From positions 160,001-224,000 of the forward strand of contig CAWBAT010000004.1 of the NCBI GenBank assembly GCA_963786955.1: 64,000 nucleotides of DNA. The letters are read 5' to 3'. This document shows, piece after piece, positions 10,142-21,095 of the stretch. How positions within the stretch are numbered: the stretch's first letter is position 1; every line of letters begins with the position of its first letter. The position numbers and the translations under genes were made by a program. This DNA comes from an uncultured Acidimicrobiia bacterium. GTDB lineage: Bacteria; Acidobacteriota; Terriglobia; Versatilivoradales; Versatilivoraceae. A model generated the notes under the pieces. The model saw nothing but the letters and a program-made list of their open reading frames with translations. It searched no databases and had not been told where the DNA came from.

Positions 10142-12628
10142 CTAATTGGCTCTTTGAAATTCGATGTCGTCATCGACCTGAATGGAGTCTGCTAACGCTT
10201 TGCCATTCGCATTGGCCAACTCGGCTTTAGCTTCGAATTTCTCGGTATACATCTGCGAATCGGCGACGGTAAAGAGGTGATTGAGGTCCGTTCCATCGTG
10301 AGGATACATTGAGATGCCGACGCTGATTCCGAGTCGTACTTCTTTTCCAGATCTTACCTTGAGCAACAAGGAATGAATCGATTTTCGAATACGGCTGGCA
10401 ATCTTCTCAGCAGTTTCACGTTCCGCGTTATACAGGAAGGCCACGAATTCGTCACCCGCGTAGCGAATACACGTGTCGTATTTGCGCATTTCTTTTTGCA
10501 GCACTTCACTCACCTTGACCAGAACATCGTCCCCTACTTTGTGGCCATATTGGTCATTAATTTCTTTGAATCGGTTCAGGTCCATGACGAGAATGGCCAT
10601 TTTTTCTTTGCTGCGTTCGGCTTTCTTAACGTTCTGGTCAAATGCCATAAACATGTAGCGTGAATTGGGTAGCCCGGTGAGTGGATCGGTCAGCGAATTC
10701 TCTTCGAAGTATTCGAACGAAATCGCATTTTGGATGGCGACGGCAGCCCGCTCGCTGATGGTCTCCATTAACCGGGAATGATCTTCCGTAAAAGGTTCGT
10801 TGTCACGATCGGTAGAGTACAGGGCAATCGCTCCCAGGACCGTATTCTTTGCCGTGAGCGGAAAAATCATGGCGTTGGTCAGTTGATGGGGTTTTTCCAT
10901 AAAGGCCAGGTTCTTGAAATCATTCGTTGGGTCGTTATTGACGACAGGCTGGTTGAAGGCGATGGAATAACCCGTCAGACCCTCCCCTAACGCCATCCAG
11001 TTCTGACTTAACTGCTCGGAGTATTCTCCCGTGACCATGGCCGGGTAGATCATGTCGGTCTTCTTGTTCTTCAAGTAAACAACGCTGCTGGTGAAGGGAA
11101 CAATCGACTGCAGCTTGCTACAGATAATGCGCAGCGTGTCGTCCAAATTCAAGCTCTTCCCTACGGTTTGAAAGATCTCGTGCAAGGCGTAAATCTCGCG
11201 ATGCGTCGAGGCGATTTCCGTGAAGCCTTTCTTCCGCAACAAGAGTTTTTGATCCTCGGCGGAGTCCGGTGAGGTCTCGGAGAGATGCGTGTTGTTCCCG
11301 TATTTGCTGATGTCAAGCATGGCCACTTCTTCCATCAGCTCTTTAGAGACACGCAGGAAGGCAGCCACGACTTTTGCGTCATAGTGCATCCCCGATTCGT
11401 TCTTCAGCAGGTCGATGGCTTCCGCGGATGTCAGGGGTGTCCGGTAGGTTCGCTGGGCGGTTAAGGCATCAAACGTATCGGCTACGGCCAGGATTTTGGA
11501 TCCGATGGGAATCTGGTCGCCCTTCAGCCCATACGGATACCCCGATCCATTTTCCCGCTCGTGATGGTAACGGATCATCGGCACCACCGGGTAAGGGAAG
11601 TGAATGGGCTCCAGGATGTTGGCTCCGATCTCAACGTGACGCGTCATTTTAGCAAATTCGGAATCCGTCAAACTTCCCGGCTTTGAAAGGATATATTCGG
11701 GTATGGCAAGCTTGCCGATGTCGTGCAGCAGTGCAGCGGCTCTGAGAGCATCCAGATCGTCGCTATTCTCGATCCCCATGCTCTTAGCGATCCCGACTGC
11801 GTAAACCTGGACTCTTCGTGCGTGTCCGTGAGTGGAATGATCCTTGGCATCGATGGCCAGCGCCAGGGTTTCAATAATCGACATCTGTAACTGGGAATGT
11901 TCCTTGAGTTGGCGCGAGGCTTCAACGAGACGGGAAGAATAGACCTTGTAGGTAGAAAGGGCAAACAGGGAGAAAGGAACAAAGAGTAAGTAGATTTGAT
12001 TTCCCAGGGCTCCGGCAAAGAAATTCAGTAAGCCAACGGCGACCGAAACGGACAAGAAAACCAGGCTGGGAACTCTGTACTCTTTCTTCCATTCCTCGCC
12101 AAGACTGGCCCCTCTGAATATCTTTGCAGCGGTAACCCGAAACAAGGAATAGCAGAGATAATAACCCGTCACCACCAGAATGATGGGCAGTAAGGAACCA
12201 TACCGAGCAATCTCGCTCAAGGAATTATTCAGAATAAAGACTTTACCCATCAGCCACAAGGCAGCCAGGCTTGAAAGGGCATCAGGCAATTTCTCCACCA
12301 GCTTCATCTTGGAAATTCGATAGGTCCGGAACAGCCACCAACTAAACGCGACCATTGCGACTAGATTGGCATTGGATGGACCAATCCAAAAGAAGGTGCC
12401 GAGATAGATGAGGTGATAATAACGAAGCTGTTTGCCAACAAATGGCAGCATGACGCTGGATTCGGCAAAGGAAAAAGCCAGAACGACCGCAAACATTGCC
12501 AGCAGGCTCCAATCTTCGCGACAAGTTAATGATTCCCAGAGGAATAGGACTGCGAGCGCTGCGACGCTGAGAAAGATCGTGCGGCCCTGATGTTTCTTGG
12601 GGGAGGTCGTGTCCGCTGTAATTAGCAT
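10142..12628 (-). CDS. Membrane-bound HD-GYP + GAF + GGDEF protein
   Basis: N-terminal TM helices, LLHDIGK, HHERENGSGYP, GAF domain, RYAGDEF. Confidence 0.9.
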   Translation of the reverse strand: MLITADTTSPKKHQGRTIFLSVAALAVLFLWESLTCREDWSLLAMFAVVLAFSFAESSVMLPFVGKQLRYYHLIYLGTFFWIGPSNANLVAMVAFSWWLFRTYRISKMKLVEKLPDALSSLAALWLMGKVFILNNSLSEIARYGSLLPIILVVTGYYLCYSLFRVTAAKIFRGASLGEEWKKEYRVPSLVFLSVSVAVGLLNFFAGALGNQIYLLFVPFSLFALSTYKVYSSRLVEASRQLKEHSQLQMSIIETLALAIDAKDHSTHGHARRVQVYAVGIAKSMGIENSDDLDALRAAALLHDIGKLAIPEYILSKPGSLTDSEFAKMTRHVEIGANILEPIHFPYPVVPMIRYHHERENGSGYPYGLKGDQIPIGSKILAVADTFDALTAQRTYRTPLTSAEAIDLLKNESGMHYDAKVVAAFLRVSKELMEEVAMLDISKYGNNTHLSETSPDSAEDQKLLLRKKGFTEIASTHREIYALHEIFQTVGKSLNLDDTLRIICSKLQSIVPFTSSVVYLKNKKTDMIYPAMVTGEYSEQLSQNWMALGEGLTGYSIAFNQPVVNNDPTNDFKNLAFMEKPHQLTNAMIFPLTAKNTVLGAIALYSTDRDNEPFTEDHSRLMETISERAAVAIQNAISFEYFEENSLTDPLTGLPNSRYMFMAFDQNVKKAERSKEKMAILVMDLNRFKEINDQYGHKVGDDVLVKVSEVLQKEMRKYDTCIRYAGDEFVAFLYNAERETAEKIASRIRKSIHSLLLKVRSGKEVRLGISVGISMYPHDGTDLNHLFTVADSQMYTEKFEAKAELANANGKALADSIQVDDDIEFQRAN

Positions 12629-13944
12629 GTAGGCTCCGAATTCACTTCAGTTTCTGCAATCGAACACACCCGATTTCGCCCGGTTCTCTTGGCTTGGTAC
12701 AAGTACGCGTCTGCCTTCTCAATGAGTTCTTTTTGAATGACGTCCAGATCGATCTGATTATCTAAAGAGGTTTCTTGGACACCGATACTGACCGTGATGG
12801 GATCCCCCGCTTCTGTGGCAAATGTTTCACTGACCAGCTTGCGGATCCCGTCCATGATCTTATGAGCCACATCCAACTTGGTGTTGGGTAAGATCACCAC
12901 GAACTCCTCGCCTCCATAGCGAGCGATGACAGAACCTTTTCTCAGGTTCGTGCTCAAAACGAAACCAAGTTTGCAGAGAACTTTGTCTCCAGCTGCATGT
13001 CCGAAGGTGTCATTGACCTTCTTGAAATAGTCGATGTCCAACAGAGCCAAACTAACGGGGAACTTCTGCTGGCGTGCATTGGAGAGTTCAACCCGCATGC
13101 GTTCTTCAAAAAACCTTCGGTTGTATACGTTCGTCAACTTGTCCGTGATGGCCATGGTCTGCATGGCGCTAAATTGACGCGCATTGCTAAGAGCTACCGC
13201 AATATGCCCGGATACCGTATAGAAGAGAGTCTTTTCAGATTCTGTCCAAGCAACGCCCTTGGTGCATCGATGAACCACAATGATTCCGATCAGCTCTGAC
13301 TTATAGAGAAGGGGGAATGCCATGATGCCGTGAATCTTGAACTCATCGAGGACCGTTTCATGGGCGGAGAGGGAAGGCGCGCCGAGAGTCTCGTCAATGG
13401 CAACGGGTTCCATTCCATTCGAAACCATTTTCAGAAGGAGAAAGTTCAATTTGGCTGTTTTCTGGGCTGAGCAGGAACTTGTTCCTTCGGCACAGGATTC
13501 GAAATACTTGGCTACGGGTTTTTCTTTCCCTAAGGAAATAATGACGCAGCGGTCTGCCGGGATGTGTTGGACCAATTGTTGGGCCGAGTTCTTTAAAATG
13601 TCGCCTAACTCGTTGGATTCATAAACCATCTTGATAATGGCGTCGGTCTTTTCCACTTGCTTCCGCCGAGCCTGAACCTCAACTTCCTCAACGGTCCCTT
13701 TGTTTGAGGAACGTTCATCTGCCAATTGGGCGGAAATCAAAGCAATCTCCCGGGCAATTTCGTTGGCTCGGTCAAATTTGCCGGTACGCCGATAGATGTC
13801 TTCAAGGCTTTGTTTGGCAGGCAGATAACGTGGGTAGCGTTCTAGCGCATCTTCCAAAAGCTCAATGGCTTTGGCATACGATTGATACTTGATGTAAAGT
13901 TCCGTTTCTACCATCAGATCTAAGACTTCGTTTTCGTATGTCAT
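12622..13944 (-). CDS. TPR-GAF-GGDEF diguanylate cyclase
   Basis: TDKLT..NRRFF, DIDYFKKVND.FGH..GD, RYGGEEF. Confidence 0.9.
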   Translation of the reverse strand: MTYENEVLDLMVETELYIKYQSYAKAIELLEDALERYPRYLPAKQSLEDIYRRTGKFDRANEIAREIALISAQLADERSSNKGTVEEVEVQARRKQVEKTDAIIKMVYESNELGDILKNSAQQLVQHIPADRCVIISLGKEKPVAKYFESCAEGTSSCSAQKTAKLNFLLLKMVSNGMEPVAIDETLGAPSLSAHETVLDEFKIHGIMAFPLLYKSELIGIIVVHRCTKGVAWTESEKTLFYTVSGHIAVALSNARQFSAMQTMAITDKLTNVYNRRFFEERMRVELSNARQQKFPVSLALLDIDYFKKVNDTFGHAAGDKVLCKLGFVLSTNLRKGSVIARYGGEEFVVILPNTKLDVAHKIMDGIRKLVSETFATEAGDPITVSIGVQETSLDNQIDLDVIQKELIEKADAYLYQAKRTGRNRVCSIAETEVNSEPTC

Positions 13945-14187
13945 CTCTGCTGTCCTCACGTTATCTCTCCTCAAAATCTCTTTGCCAGTTGCCCTGCCTC
14001 GATCAACCGGACACCCATTGAATAGCATATGGCCTGCCAAAAATAACTTGTTTATTACCTATAACTTGATAACAACAAAGATGAAATCGGTCACTTCTGA
14101 TCGGACAAATTGTCCGAAAAGCGACCGCCCGGGAGTCTGGGCTACTTCCTACAAATGGGGATGAAGAGATTAATTAAGGAAAGGCTT

Positions 14188-14322
14188 GAAGTGTTAGAGG
14201 GCACGGGTTCGCCCGGCAAGATAACCGACTGAAGCTCTACGGCGTTGCTGAATCTTTCCTTGGGAAATACCTGGGTGGCCGCGCCGAGCCGCCCTCGGAA
14301 GCAGGGAAAGTTGACGACCTCC
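14188..14322 (-). ncRNA. Candidate structured RNA of unassigned family
   Basis: GAGGGC/GCCCUC and CUCGGC/GCCGGG nested pairings; CATACT -10-like box 6 nt upstream. Confidence 0.3.
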
Positions 14323-14370
14323 ACAAGTAGTATGATGGCGCCAAGAAGTAGGGGGAGGAGTGTTGTTTCT

Positions 14371-15570
14371 TCAAAAGGAACTCTGGTTCAGATATTTTTT
14401 CTTCAGAACCTTCATTCCCTCTTTCCAATTCTCGTTGATGCCCACTTGGCAGACAGGAACTGTCGGAAGGACGTGCTTCGTAATCTTAGGAAAGCTATCG
14501 TGGTAGCGGAATTGAGGGCCCACAAAGTAAAGTAATGGAGGATGAGGACTCAACACGAGACCGGGGAAGTAGCCATTTTTTTGAAACTCTCCTCGCTCTT
14601 GGTGCCATCTTACCCTGAGCCAATAATCCAGGCCCTGCAGCGGCAATTCAATATCCTCACTCACCTTTAATTCCAGAATAGCCAATCTTCCCTGTTTCGT
14701 TACGCTCAGGATATCGATCATCCCTCGATCACCTGCTAGGAATGCCGGGACCTGAGGATAAACAAATCGGTTGTTCAGGGCGGGATCGATGGCGCTGATG
14801 TCCTCTAAAATTACTCTTTGAAGCAATCGTTCTGCAGATCCGCAAAAGCCTTGGCGCTCGAAACCTTCCGTTAAGGATCGAGTGTGATGAACACGAGTCA
14901 AGGCAGTGTCGAGATTGCCACAATCGGATAATTCCACAAAGCGGAGAGAAGCTCGAGCGACATCCATTTCCATCAATAGAATCTGACGGCCGGCGCCAGA
15001 AATCCAAGCCAGGCGGCTCCCCAGTACGAGGGCCCTCCCCGCAGGGGCGATGAGGATCAGCTTGACCGGTTTGGCGGGCTTTCGCTCCCGAACGTATTCT
15101 CTCCACAGCAAACCATGACTCAGCAAGCCGTCAATGTTTGCCTGACTTTCGTGCGGCCCCGCAGCAATGGCGTGCAATTGGCTCGTCCCTGAATTAAAAA
15201 TGACCCGGACATATTTCCCTGAGATGGGATACGTTAGATTTGAGGCAGTACTGGATTTGAGAATTGAGGCCCGAGGAAAGTTGTGCCTGATCAGATGAGT
15301 CAGAGTCTCTTGAAATTGATGACGCAGGGCTCTCATGGAGCGGGCTGAGCCATCTTCTTTTGTTTTTTGCAGGCTGCGCTCACCAAGAAGCGGGTAAGAG
15401 GATGGTCTGCCCCCTTCCGATGCGAGGGTCCCGCCCCGTTTGCGTTCCTGGTTATGACGTGTAGCTTTTGGGAGACGGTTTTTTCTAGGATCCATTCGAC
15501 CCCTTTTCCCTTGACCACTTAAAAGGAATCTTGTTATACAGAGAAAGTGTTTTGAGATACTTTCCAACAT
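14371..15570 (-). CDS. Hypothetical protein with a C-terminal PD-(D/E)XK (NucS-like) nuclease domain; true start probably downstream
   Basis: IDILSVTKQGRLAILELK...QGLDYW. Confidence 0.65.
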   Translation of the reverse strand: MLESISKHFLCITRFLLSGQGKRGRMDPRKNRLPKATRHNQERKRGGTLASEGGRPSSYPLLGERSLQKTKEDGSARSMRALRHQFQETLTHLIRHNFPRASILKSSTASNLTYPISGKYVRVIFNSGTSQLHAIAAGPHESQANIDGLLSHGLLWREYVRERKPAKPVKLILIAPAGRALVLGSRLAWISGAGRQILLMEMDVARASLRFVELSDCGNLDTALTRVHHTRSLTEGFERQGFCGSAERLLQRVILEDISAIDPALNNRFVYPQVPAFLAGDRGMIDILSVTKQGRLAILELKVSEDIELPLQGLDYWLRVRWHQERGEFQKNGYFPGLVLSPHPPLLYFVGPQFRYHDSFPKITKHVLPTVPVCQVGINENWKEGMKVLKKKYLNQSSF

Positions 15571-15734
15571 TGTAAGTCATCCAATAAAAGCTTGTCAGCA
15601 TGGATTGTGTGCCAGCCTCGGATCGACAATATCAGTCCCAGAAAAGCATCCAGCAATCTGCCTGAGGTTGTGGCAGGCTTTTGACCCTGTTCACGTCATT
15701 CAAAGAAGAATCATTCAAAGAAAGGGGAAAGTCC

Positions 15735-16862
15735 GTGGTACGAAAGGTTAACGTTGCTCTCATTGGCCATCGGTTTATGGGAAAAGCCCATAGTAATGCC
15801 TATCGTCAAATGCCGCGCTTCTTTGAAAGCGCTACCATTCCTGTTATGAAGGTGATCTGTGGACGGAACGAAGAAGACGTCAAAAAGGCGGCGACCAACC
15901 TAGGATGGGAAGAATGGAGTACTTCCTGGGAAGACGTGCTTCAAAGGAAAGACATCGATGTGGTCGATATTTCCACCCCGGGTGACCTTCACACGCCTAT
16001 TGCGATTGCTGCCGCCAAAGCTGGAAAGGTCGTCTTTTGCGAGAAGCCCCTGGCCAACACCTTGGGCGAAGCGAAAAGAGTCCTGGCGGCAGTGCGAAAG
16101 GCAGGGGTCCTTCACATGATCTGCCACAACTACCGAAAGGTTCCGGCCATTGTGTTGGCTCAAAAACTGATTGCAGACGGCAGCCTGGGAGACATTTATC
16201 ACTTCCGCGGCACCTATCTGCAGGACTGGTGTATGGATCCTAAATTTCCACTTTACTGGCGCTTCGACAAGGCAAAAACAGGATCGGGGGCTATCGGGGA
16301 TTTAGGGTCTCATGTCACCGATCTCGCCCGATTTCTCATCGGTGAAATTACGGAGCTTTCGGCAACCCTGGAGACTTTCATTAAAGAACGTCCGTTGCTG
16401 GATAATCCGAACAAGAAGGGCAAGGTCACGGTTGACGATGCCAGTTCAGCCGTGGTCCGATTTGCCAACGGAGCTCTGGGAAGCATCGAAGTGTCCCGTT
16501 TTGCCAGCGGCCGAAAGAACTACAATCGCTTCGAGGTGAACGGCAGTAAGGGGTCCCTGGTATTTAATCTGGAACGTCTCAATGAACTGGAACTCTATCT
16601 CGGCAGTGACCCGGCTCACATACATGGTTTTCGCAACATCCTGGTTACCGAGAATGTGCACCCCTACATGAAATGGTGGCCACCCGGACACATCATTGGC
16701 TACGAGCACACCTTCACTCATATGGTTTATGACTTGATGCAGGGAATCTCGAAAAATCAAATGCCCTCGCCAAATTTTGAAGATGGAGTCAAGAACCAGT
16801 TGGTTCTCGACGCGATGGAGCGCAGTTCCAAATCGAAAAAATGGGTGAAAGTCGGCAGTTAG
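15735..16862 (+). CDS. Gfo/Idh/MocA family NAD(P)-dependent oxidoreductase
   Basis: [27 protein letters not shown]. Confidence 0.92.
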   Translation: MVRKVNVALIGHRFMGKAHSNAYRQMPRFFESATIPVMKVICGRNEEDVKKAATNLGWEEWSTSWEDVLQRKDIDVVDISTPGDLHTPIAIAAAKAGKVVFCEKPLANTLGEAKRVLAAVRKAGVLHMICHNYRKVPAIVLAQKLIADGSLGDIYHFRGTYLQDWCMDPKFPLYWRFDKAKTGSGAIGDLGSHVTDLARFLIGEITELSATLETFIKERPLLDNPNKKGKVTVDDASSAVVRFANGALGSIEVSRFASGRKNYNRFEVNGSKGSLVFNLERLNELELYLGSDPAHIHGFRNILVTENVHPYMKWWPPGHIIGYEHTFTHMVYDLMQGISKNQMPSPNFEDGVKNQLVLDAMERSSKSKKWVKVGS

Positions 16863-16884
16863 AAACTCCCTAAGGAGGCATGAA

Positions 16885-17886
16885 ATGTCACGACCCATTA
16901 CACTCTTCACCGGACAGTGGGCCGACCTGCCCCTGGAGGCCTTGGCTAAGAAGGCCAGCGCCTGGGGATTCGATGGACTCGAGCTAGCCTGCTGGGGCGA
17001 TCATTTTGATGTCGAGAAAGCGCTGGAAAAAGATAGTTATGTCAGAGCCAAACGAGATCTTCTGAATAAATACGGCCTCAAGTGTGCGGCCATTAGCAGT
17101 CACCTGGTTGGACAATGCATTTGTGATGAGCCGATAGACAATCGTCACAAATCCATTCTGCCGGAAAGAATCTGGGGAGACGGCAAGCCTGAAGGAGTCC
17201 GTCAAAGGGCGGCCGAGGAGATGAAAAATACCGCTCGGGCCGCGAAGTTTTTTGGAGTGGATAGGGTGAATGGCTTTACGGGCAGCAGTGTTTGGTCAAA
17301 ACTCTACTTCTTCCCACCTACCAGCCAGGCAGACATTGAAGCCGGCTATCAGGATTTTGCGAAGCGCTGGCTACCGATCCTGGAGGTTTTCAAGGCCGAG
17401 GGAGTCAAGTTTGGCCTTGAAGTGCACCCAACTGAAATCGCTTACGACATCATTACCAGTCATCGGGCTCTACAAGCGCTTAACCATCATCCAAACTTTG
17501 GATTTAACTTTGACCCGAGCCATTTTATTCATCAATTTGTAAATCCTGTGGCTTTTATTGACGAATTCCCAGATCGGATCTTCCATGTTCACGTGAAGGA
17601 TTCGCGGGTTCAGCTCAATGGGCGCAATAGTATCTTAGCTTCTCACTTGGACTTCGGAGATTCCCGTCGCGGCTGGGATTTCGTCTCACCCGGCCGGGGT
17701 GATGTGAAATGGGATGAGATTATTCGGGCCCTGAATCGAGCAGGGTACCAAGGCCCCCTGTCCATCGAATGGGAAGACTGTGGAATGGATCGGGATTGGG
17801 GCGCTCCTGAGGCCCTCGCGATGATCCGAAAGCAAGATTTTACTCCGTCGAAAGTCGCTTTCGATGCGGCTTTTGCCTCGAACTGA
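16885..17886 (+). CDS. Sugar phosphate isomerase/epimerase (AP-endonuclease-2 TIM barrel)
   Basis: [23 protein letters not shown] metal ligands. Confidence 0.9.
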   Translation: MSRPITLFTGQWADLPLEALAKKASAWGFDGLELACWGDHFDVEKALEKDSYVRAKRDLLNKYGLKCAAISSHLVGQCICDEPIDNRHKSILPERIWGDGKPEGVRQRAAEEMKNTARAAKFFGVDRVNGFTGSSVWSKLYFFPPTSQADIEAGYQDFAKRWLPILEVFKAEGVKFGLEVHPTEIAYDIITSHRALQALNHHPNFGFNFDPSHFIHQFVNPVAFIDEFPDRIFHVHVKDSRVQLNGRNSILASHLDFGDSRRGWDFVSPGRGDVKWDEIIRALNRAGYQGPLSIEWEDCGMDRDWGAPEALAMIRKQDFTPSKVAFDAAFASN

Positions 17887-17948
17887 GCAGGGTACGGGCA
17901 GGTTACACCTCGCGCTGAAGTGATTTCCAAATAGAAATTGGAGGATTC

Positions 17949-18914
17949 ATGAAAATAGGAGTTCTTACCGTTTTGCTGGCAAATAAACCTTTGGAAGAAG
18001 CCTTGGACTACCTCAAAGACCTGGGAGTCGAGGCGGTCGAGATTGGTTGCGGGGCATACCCGGGCACGGCTCACTGCAACCCGGATGTGCTTTTGTCCAG
18101 TGATCGAAAATTGAAAGCGTTTAAAGAAACGATTAGCAGTCGCGGACTCATTCTCAGCGCCCTCAGCGTGCACGGCAACCCAATTCATCCCAATAAGAAG
18201 ATCGCCAAAGCCCATCATCAAGATTTCGAAAAGGCCGTGAAACTCGCACGCAAGCTGGACGTGGAACGAGTGCTTACGTTCAGCGGTTGCCCCGGATCGG
18301 ATCCCCACGCCATGATACCCTCATGGATCACCGCTCCCTGGCCACCGGAGTTTCTCGAAGCTTTAGGTTGGCAGTGGAAAGAGCGCGTCATTCCTTATTG
18401 GAAGGATACCGTCAAGTTTGCCAAGAACAATGGAATCCGAAAGATCGGTTTGGAAATGCATCCGAATCTCGTCGTTTACAATGTGGAGTCGCTTCTAAAG
18501 CTTAGAAACGCGGTGGGCCCTGAGATTGGCTGCAATTTCGATCCCAGCCATTTATTTTGGCAGGGAGTCGATATCGGCGCCACGATTCGGGCTTGTGGCG
18601 ACGCCATCTTTCACGTTCATGCCAAAGACTGCAAGCTGGATCCTCGCAACATCGCGGTCAATGGGGTTCTGGATCCGAAAAATTATACCGACGAAATTCA
18701 TCGATCCTGGATCTTCCGGACTGTCGGCTATGGGAATGACTATGCCGTTTGGAAAGACATCGTGAGCAATCTCAGACTGGTGGGATACGATTATGTCTTG
18801 AGCATTGAACATGAAGATAGTTTGATGTCTTCTAATGAAGGTCTCCGCAAAGCCATCCATTTCCTCAAGCAGGTCGTCATCTCAGAACCGAGAGGCGAGG
18901 CCTATTGGGCATGA
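17949..18914 (+). CDS. Second sugar phosphate isomerase/epimerase (TIM barrel)
   Basis: LEMHP, FDPSHLFW, HVHAKD, SIEHED. Confidence 0.9.
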   Translation: MKIGVLTVLLANKPLEEALDYLKDLGVEAVEIGCGAYPGTAHCNPDVLLSSDRKLKAFKETISSRGLILSALSVHGNPIHPNKKIAKAHHQDFEKAVKLARKLDVERVLTFSGCPGSDPHAMIPSWITAPWPPEFLEALGWQWKERVIPYWKDTVKFAKNNGIRKIGLEMHPNLVVYNVESLLKLRNAVGPEIGCNFDPSHLFWQGVDIGATIRACGDAIFHVHAKDCKLDPRNIAVNGVLDPKNYTDEIHRSWIFRTVGYGNDYAVWKDIVSNLRLVGYDYVLSIEHEDSLMSSNEGLRKAIHFLKQVVISEPRGEAYWA

Positions 18915-18962
18915 TTTTCTGAAGGTTTTCAGTTGCTGATTGATCGATAAAGGAGAACCTCA

Positions 18963-20159
18963 ATGAAAGCTCAGTTCATTTATTATTTCGTCACCTTCTC
19001 AAGCTTAGTACTCTTGCCCTTAAGTGTTTCCGGTCAAAAATATTCAGGACGCAAGGTCTGGGTGCTAAAAAATGACAAGGTAGAAGTCATGATCACGCCA
19101 GGTGGCGGGCATATCGCCAGTGCCAAGCTGGTCTCAGGCAGAGGAGCCGATCTCAATCCATTTTGGCAGCCGCACTGGAAAAGCATCGAGCCCGAGGAAT
19201 GGAATCCTTCGCTCCCGGAATATGGCGATCCACCCGAAGCCCGCCTCTTGGCCTCAATTCTGGGGCACAATATTTGTCTAGATTTTTTTGGGTCGGTGAG
19301 TCCCGCCGAATCGGCAGCCGGAATGACGGTTCACGGAGAGGCACCCATACAAACTTGGAAGGAGTTGGGCGTAACCGACTCGAGCTTGTCTTACAGCGCC
19401 ACTTTGCCAAAAGCTCAACTGAAAGTTACCCGTCAAGTGGCACTCACGCCGAATTCGTCCGTCCTATGGATTGTCGAAAGTGTAGAGAATTTGGGAGATT
19501 TCGATCGTCCATTTGGCTGGCAGCAACATCCGACGATGGGTAGACCTTTTCTGGAAAAGGGGGCATCGTTTTTTGATGCTTCAGCGACCTGGTGCAGGGT
19601 GGGCCCCGGATCCTTTAGTAAAGGGAATCGATTAAAGAGTGGCGCTGAATTCCAGTGGCCGAATGCACCCGGCGTAGACGGGAAAACCGTCGATCTCAGA
19701 GCATGGCCACAAGGGGAAAAGTCCAGCGATTTCGTTACGACTTTGATGGATCCTTCCCGCGAATGGGCTTATTTCACAGCTATCAACCGAAGCAAGGGGC
19801 TTCTGGTCGGATATATCTGGCCGCGAAAGGAATGGCCCTGGCTGGGAATCTGGGAAGAAAATCTATTTCGAAGCGCCAAGCCGTGGCAGGAGCGTGAAGT
19901 GACACGCGGACTCGAATTTGGGACCACGGCCTTTCCGGATTCTCGCCGTGCGGCCATTGAAATGGGTCATCTGAACGGTGTCCAGACTTATCGCTGGATA
20001 TCGGCTCGTGAGAAACAGACGATTGGCTACGGGCTATTCCTGGCCTCCATCCCGGAAGACGCAACCGGTGTGAGTGATGTACAGATGATGGAGAATTCAA
20101 TCGTTATTCACCTCACGGGCGTGAAAGAGAGCATTAAATTGGCTGTGAAGCGGCCCTGA
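18963..20159 (+). CDS. Secreted galactose-mutarotase-like (aldose epimerase fold) protein
   Basis: Signal peptide; GGHIAS, VHGEA, GWQQHPT, GLEFG motifs. Confidence 0.6.
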   Translation: MKAQFIYYFVTFSSLVLLPLSVSGQKYSGRKVWVLKNDKVEVMITPGGGHIASAKLVSGRGADLNPFWQPHWKSIEPEEWNPSLPEYGDPPEARLLASILGHNICLDFFGSVSPAESAAGMTVHGEAPIQTWKELGVTDSSLSYSATLPKAQLKVTRQVALTPNSSVLWIVESVENLGDFDRPFGWQQHPTMGRPFLEKGASFFDASATWCRVGPGSFSKGNRLKSGAEFQWPNAPGVDGKTVDLRAWPQGEKSSDFVTTLMDPSREWAYFTAINRSKGLLVGYIWPRKEWPWLGIWEENLFRSAKPWQEREVTRGLEFGTTAFPDSRRAAIEMGHLNGVQTYRWISAREKQTIGYGLFLASIPEDATGVSDVQMMENSIVIHLTGVKESIKLAVKRP

Positions 20160-20246
20160 GCGGCACAAGGTTGCCGCCTGGACTTTGGTTTAAATGTAAT
20201 TTGGAGCAATAAAACATTGTTTGTTAGTAAATCTTCACCCCCAATC

Positions 20247-20411
20247 GTCCCCCCTTGTCCAAGGGGGGACGATTGGAAAGAAGCAAGCGGGAATCCGGAA
20301 GATCACGCATTGGATACAGTGCCGATTTTGGAGGTTCCACAAATCCGACAATAGCAATCAGAATAGCAAGAACGGTGTCCCCCCTTCGACAAGGGGGGAC
20401 TTCAGGGGGGA
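20247..20411. repeat. Pair of CCCCCTT..AAGGGGG palindromes (REP-like)
   Basis: Hairpins near 20247 and 20377 between convergent genes. Confidence 0.7.
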
Positions 20412-20492
20412 TCCGTCATCCCGCAGGCAGAGATGGCAGAATGGTGAGTAACTCTCGCAGTTGGGCCAAAACAATCTTCAGCTGGTAAAATT

Positions 20493-21095
20493 CTAGCTCT
20501 GGTGCTCCGGGTGGGTACAGCCGGGAAATTCATCCAGTACGCCATTCCCTTTGTAGCCGAGTTCATCAAGACCAATTCTAGAAGTATAAAACCCTTCGAT
20601 GGTCACTTCCTTAATTGCCTTAAAGAATCTTGCTGGCAGCGGGTTGTTTGTGGGAGGATTTTTGATTTGGCTCATCTCAGTCAAGATTTCAAACTGCTGT
20701 TCTTTTGAAAGCTCAACAAAAATCTTTCCATGCCGCGAATGGCTTGTCTTGTCCAACCATTCCAGGCCATCTCGATAAAGTTTCTTGAGGCTGGATGGCG
20801 CCTGACTCACGATCATATCGATATACTCGTTCACCTTGGCTTCGCGGGCGCCCGGAGTCTCATCCGTGGGGATGATCCATGAAGCCAATTCCGTGACTGT
20901 GGCATATTGCGGCGGATTGAAAAAGACCGGGGTCTTCGCAGCATGAGGATCGGAGACCGGAGGAACGGCAGCCGGGAGGTGATGTCCTTCAGCGGACGCT
21001 TGACCTTTGAGTATAGGGAAGCTGGCCGCTGTTCCTAATCCAAGAGCAACCTCTTTGATGGCTTTCCGCCGACTCACTGGGTTACGATTTGGCAT
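20493..21095 (-). CDS. Gluconate 2-dehydrogenase subunit 3 family (Tat-exported)
   Basis: SRRKAIK twin-arginine signal; IIPTDETPGA..A.V..YID; GFYTSRIG. Confidence 0.85.
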   Translation of the reverse strand: MPNRNPVSRRKAIKEVALGLGTAASFPILKGQASAEGHHLPAAVPPVSDPHAAKTPVFFNPPQYATVTELASWIIPTDETPGAREAKVNEYIDMIVSQAPSSLKKLYRDGLEWLDKTSHSRHGKIFVELSKEQQFEILTEMSQIKNPPTNNPLPARFFKAIKEVTIEGFYTSRIGLDELGYKGNGVLDEFPGCTHPEHQS

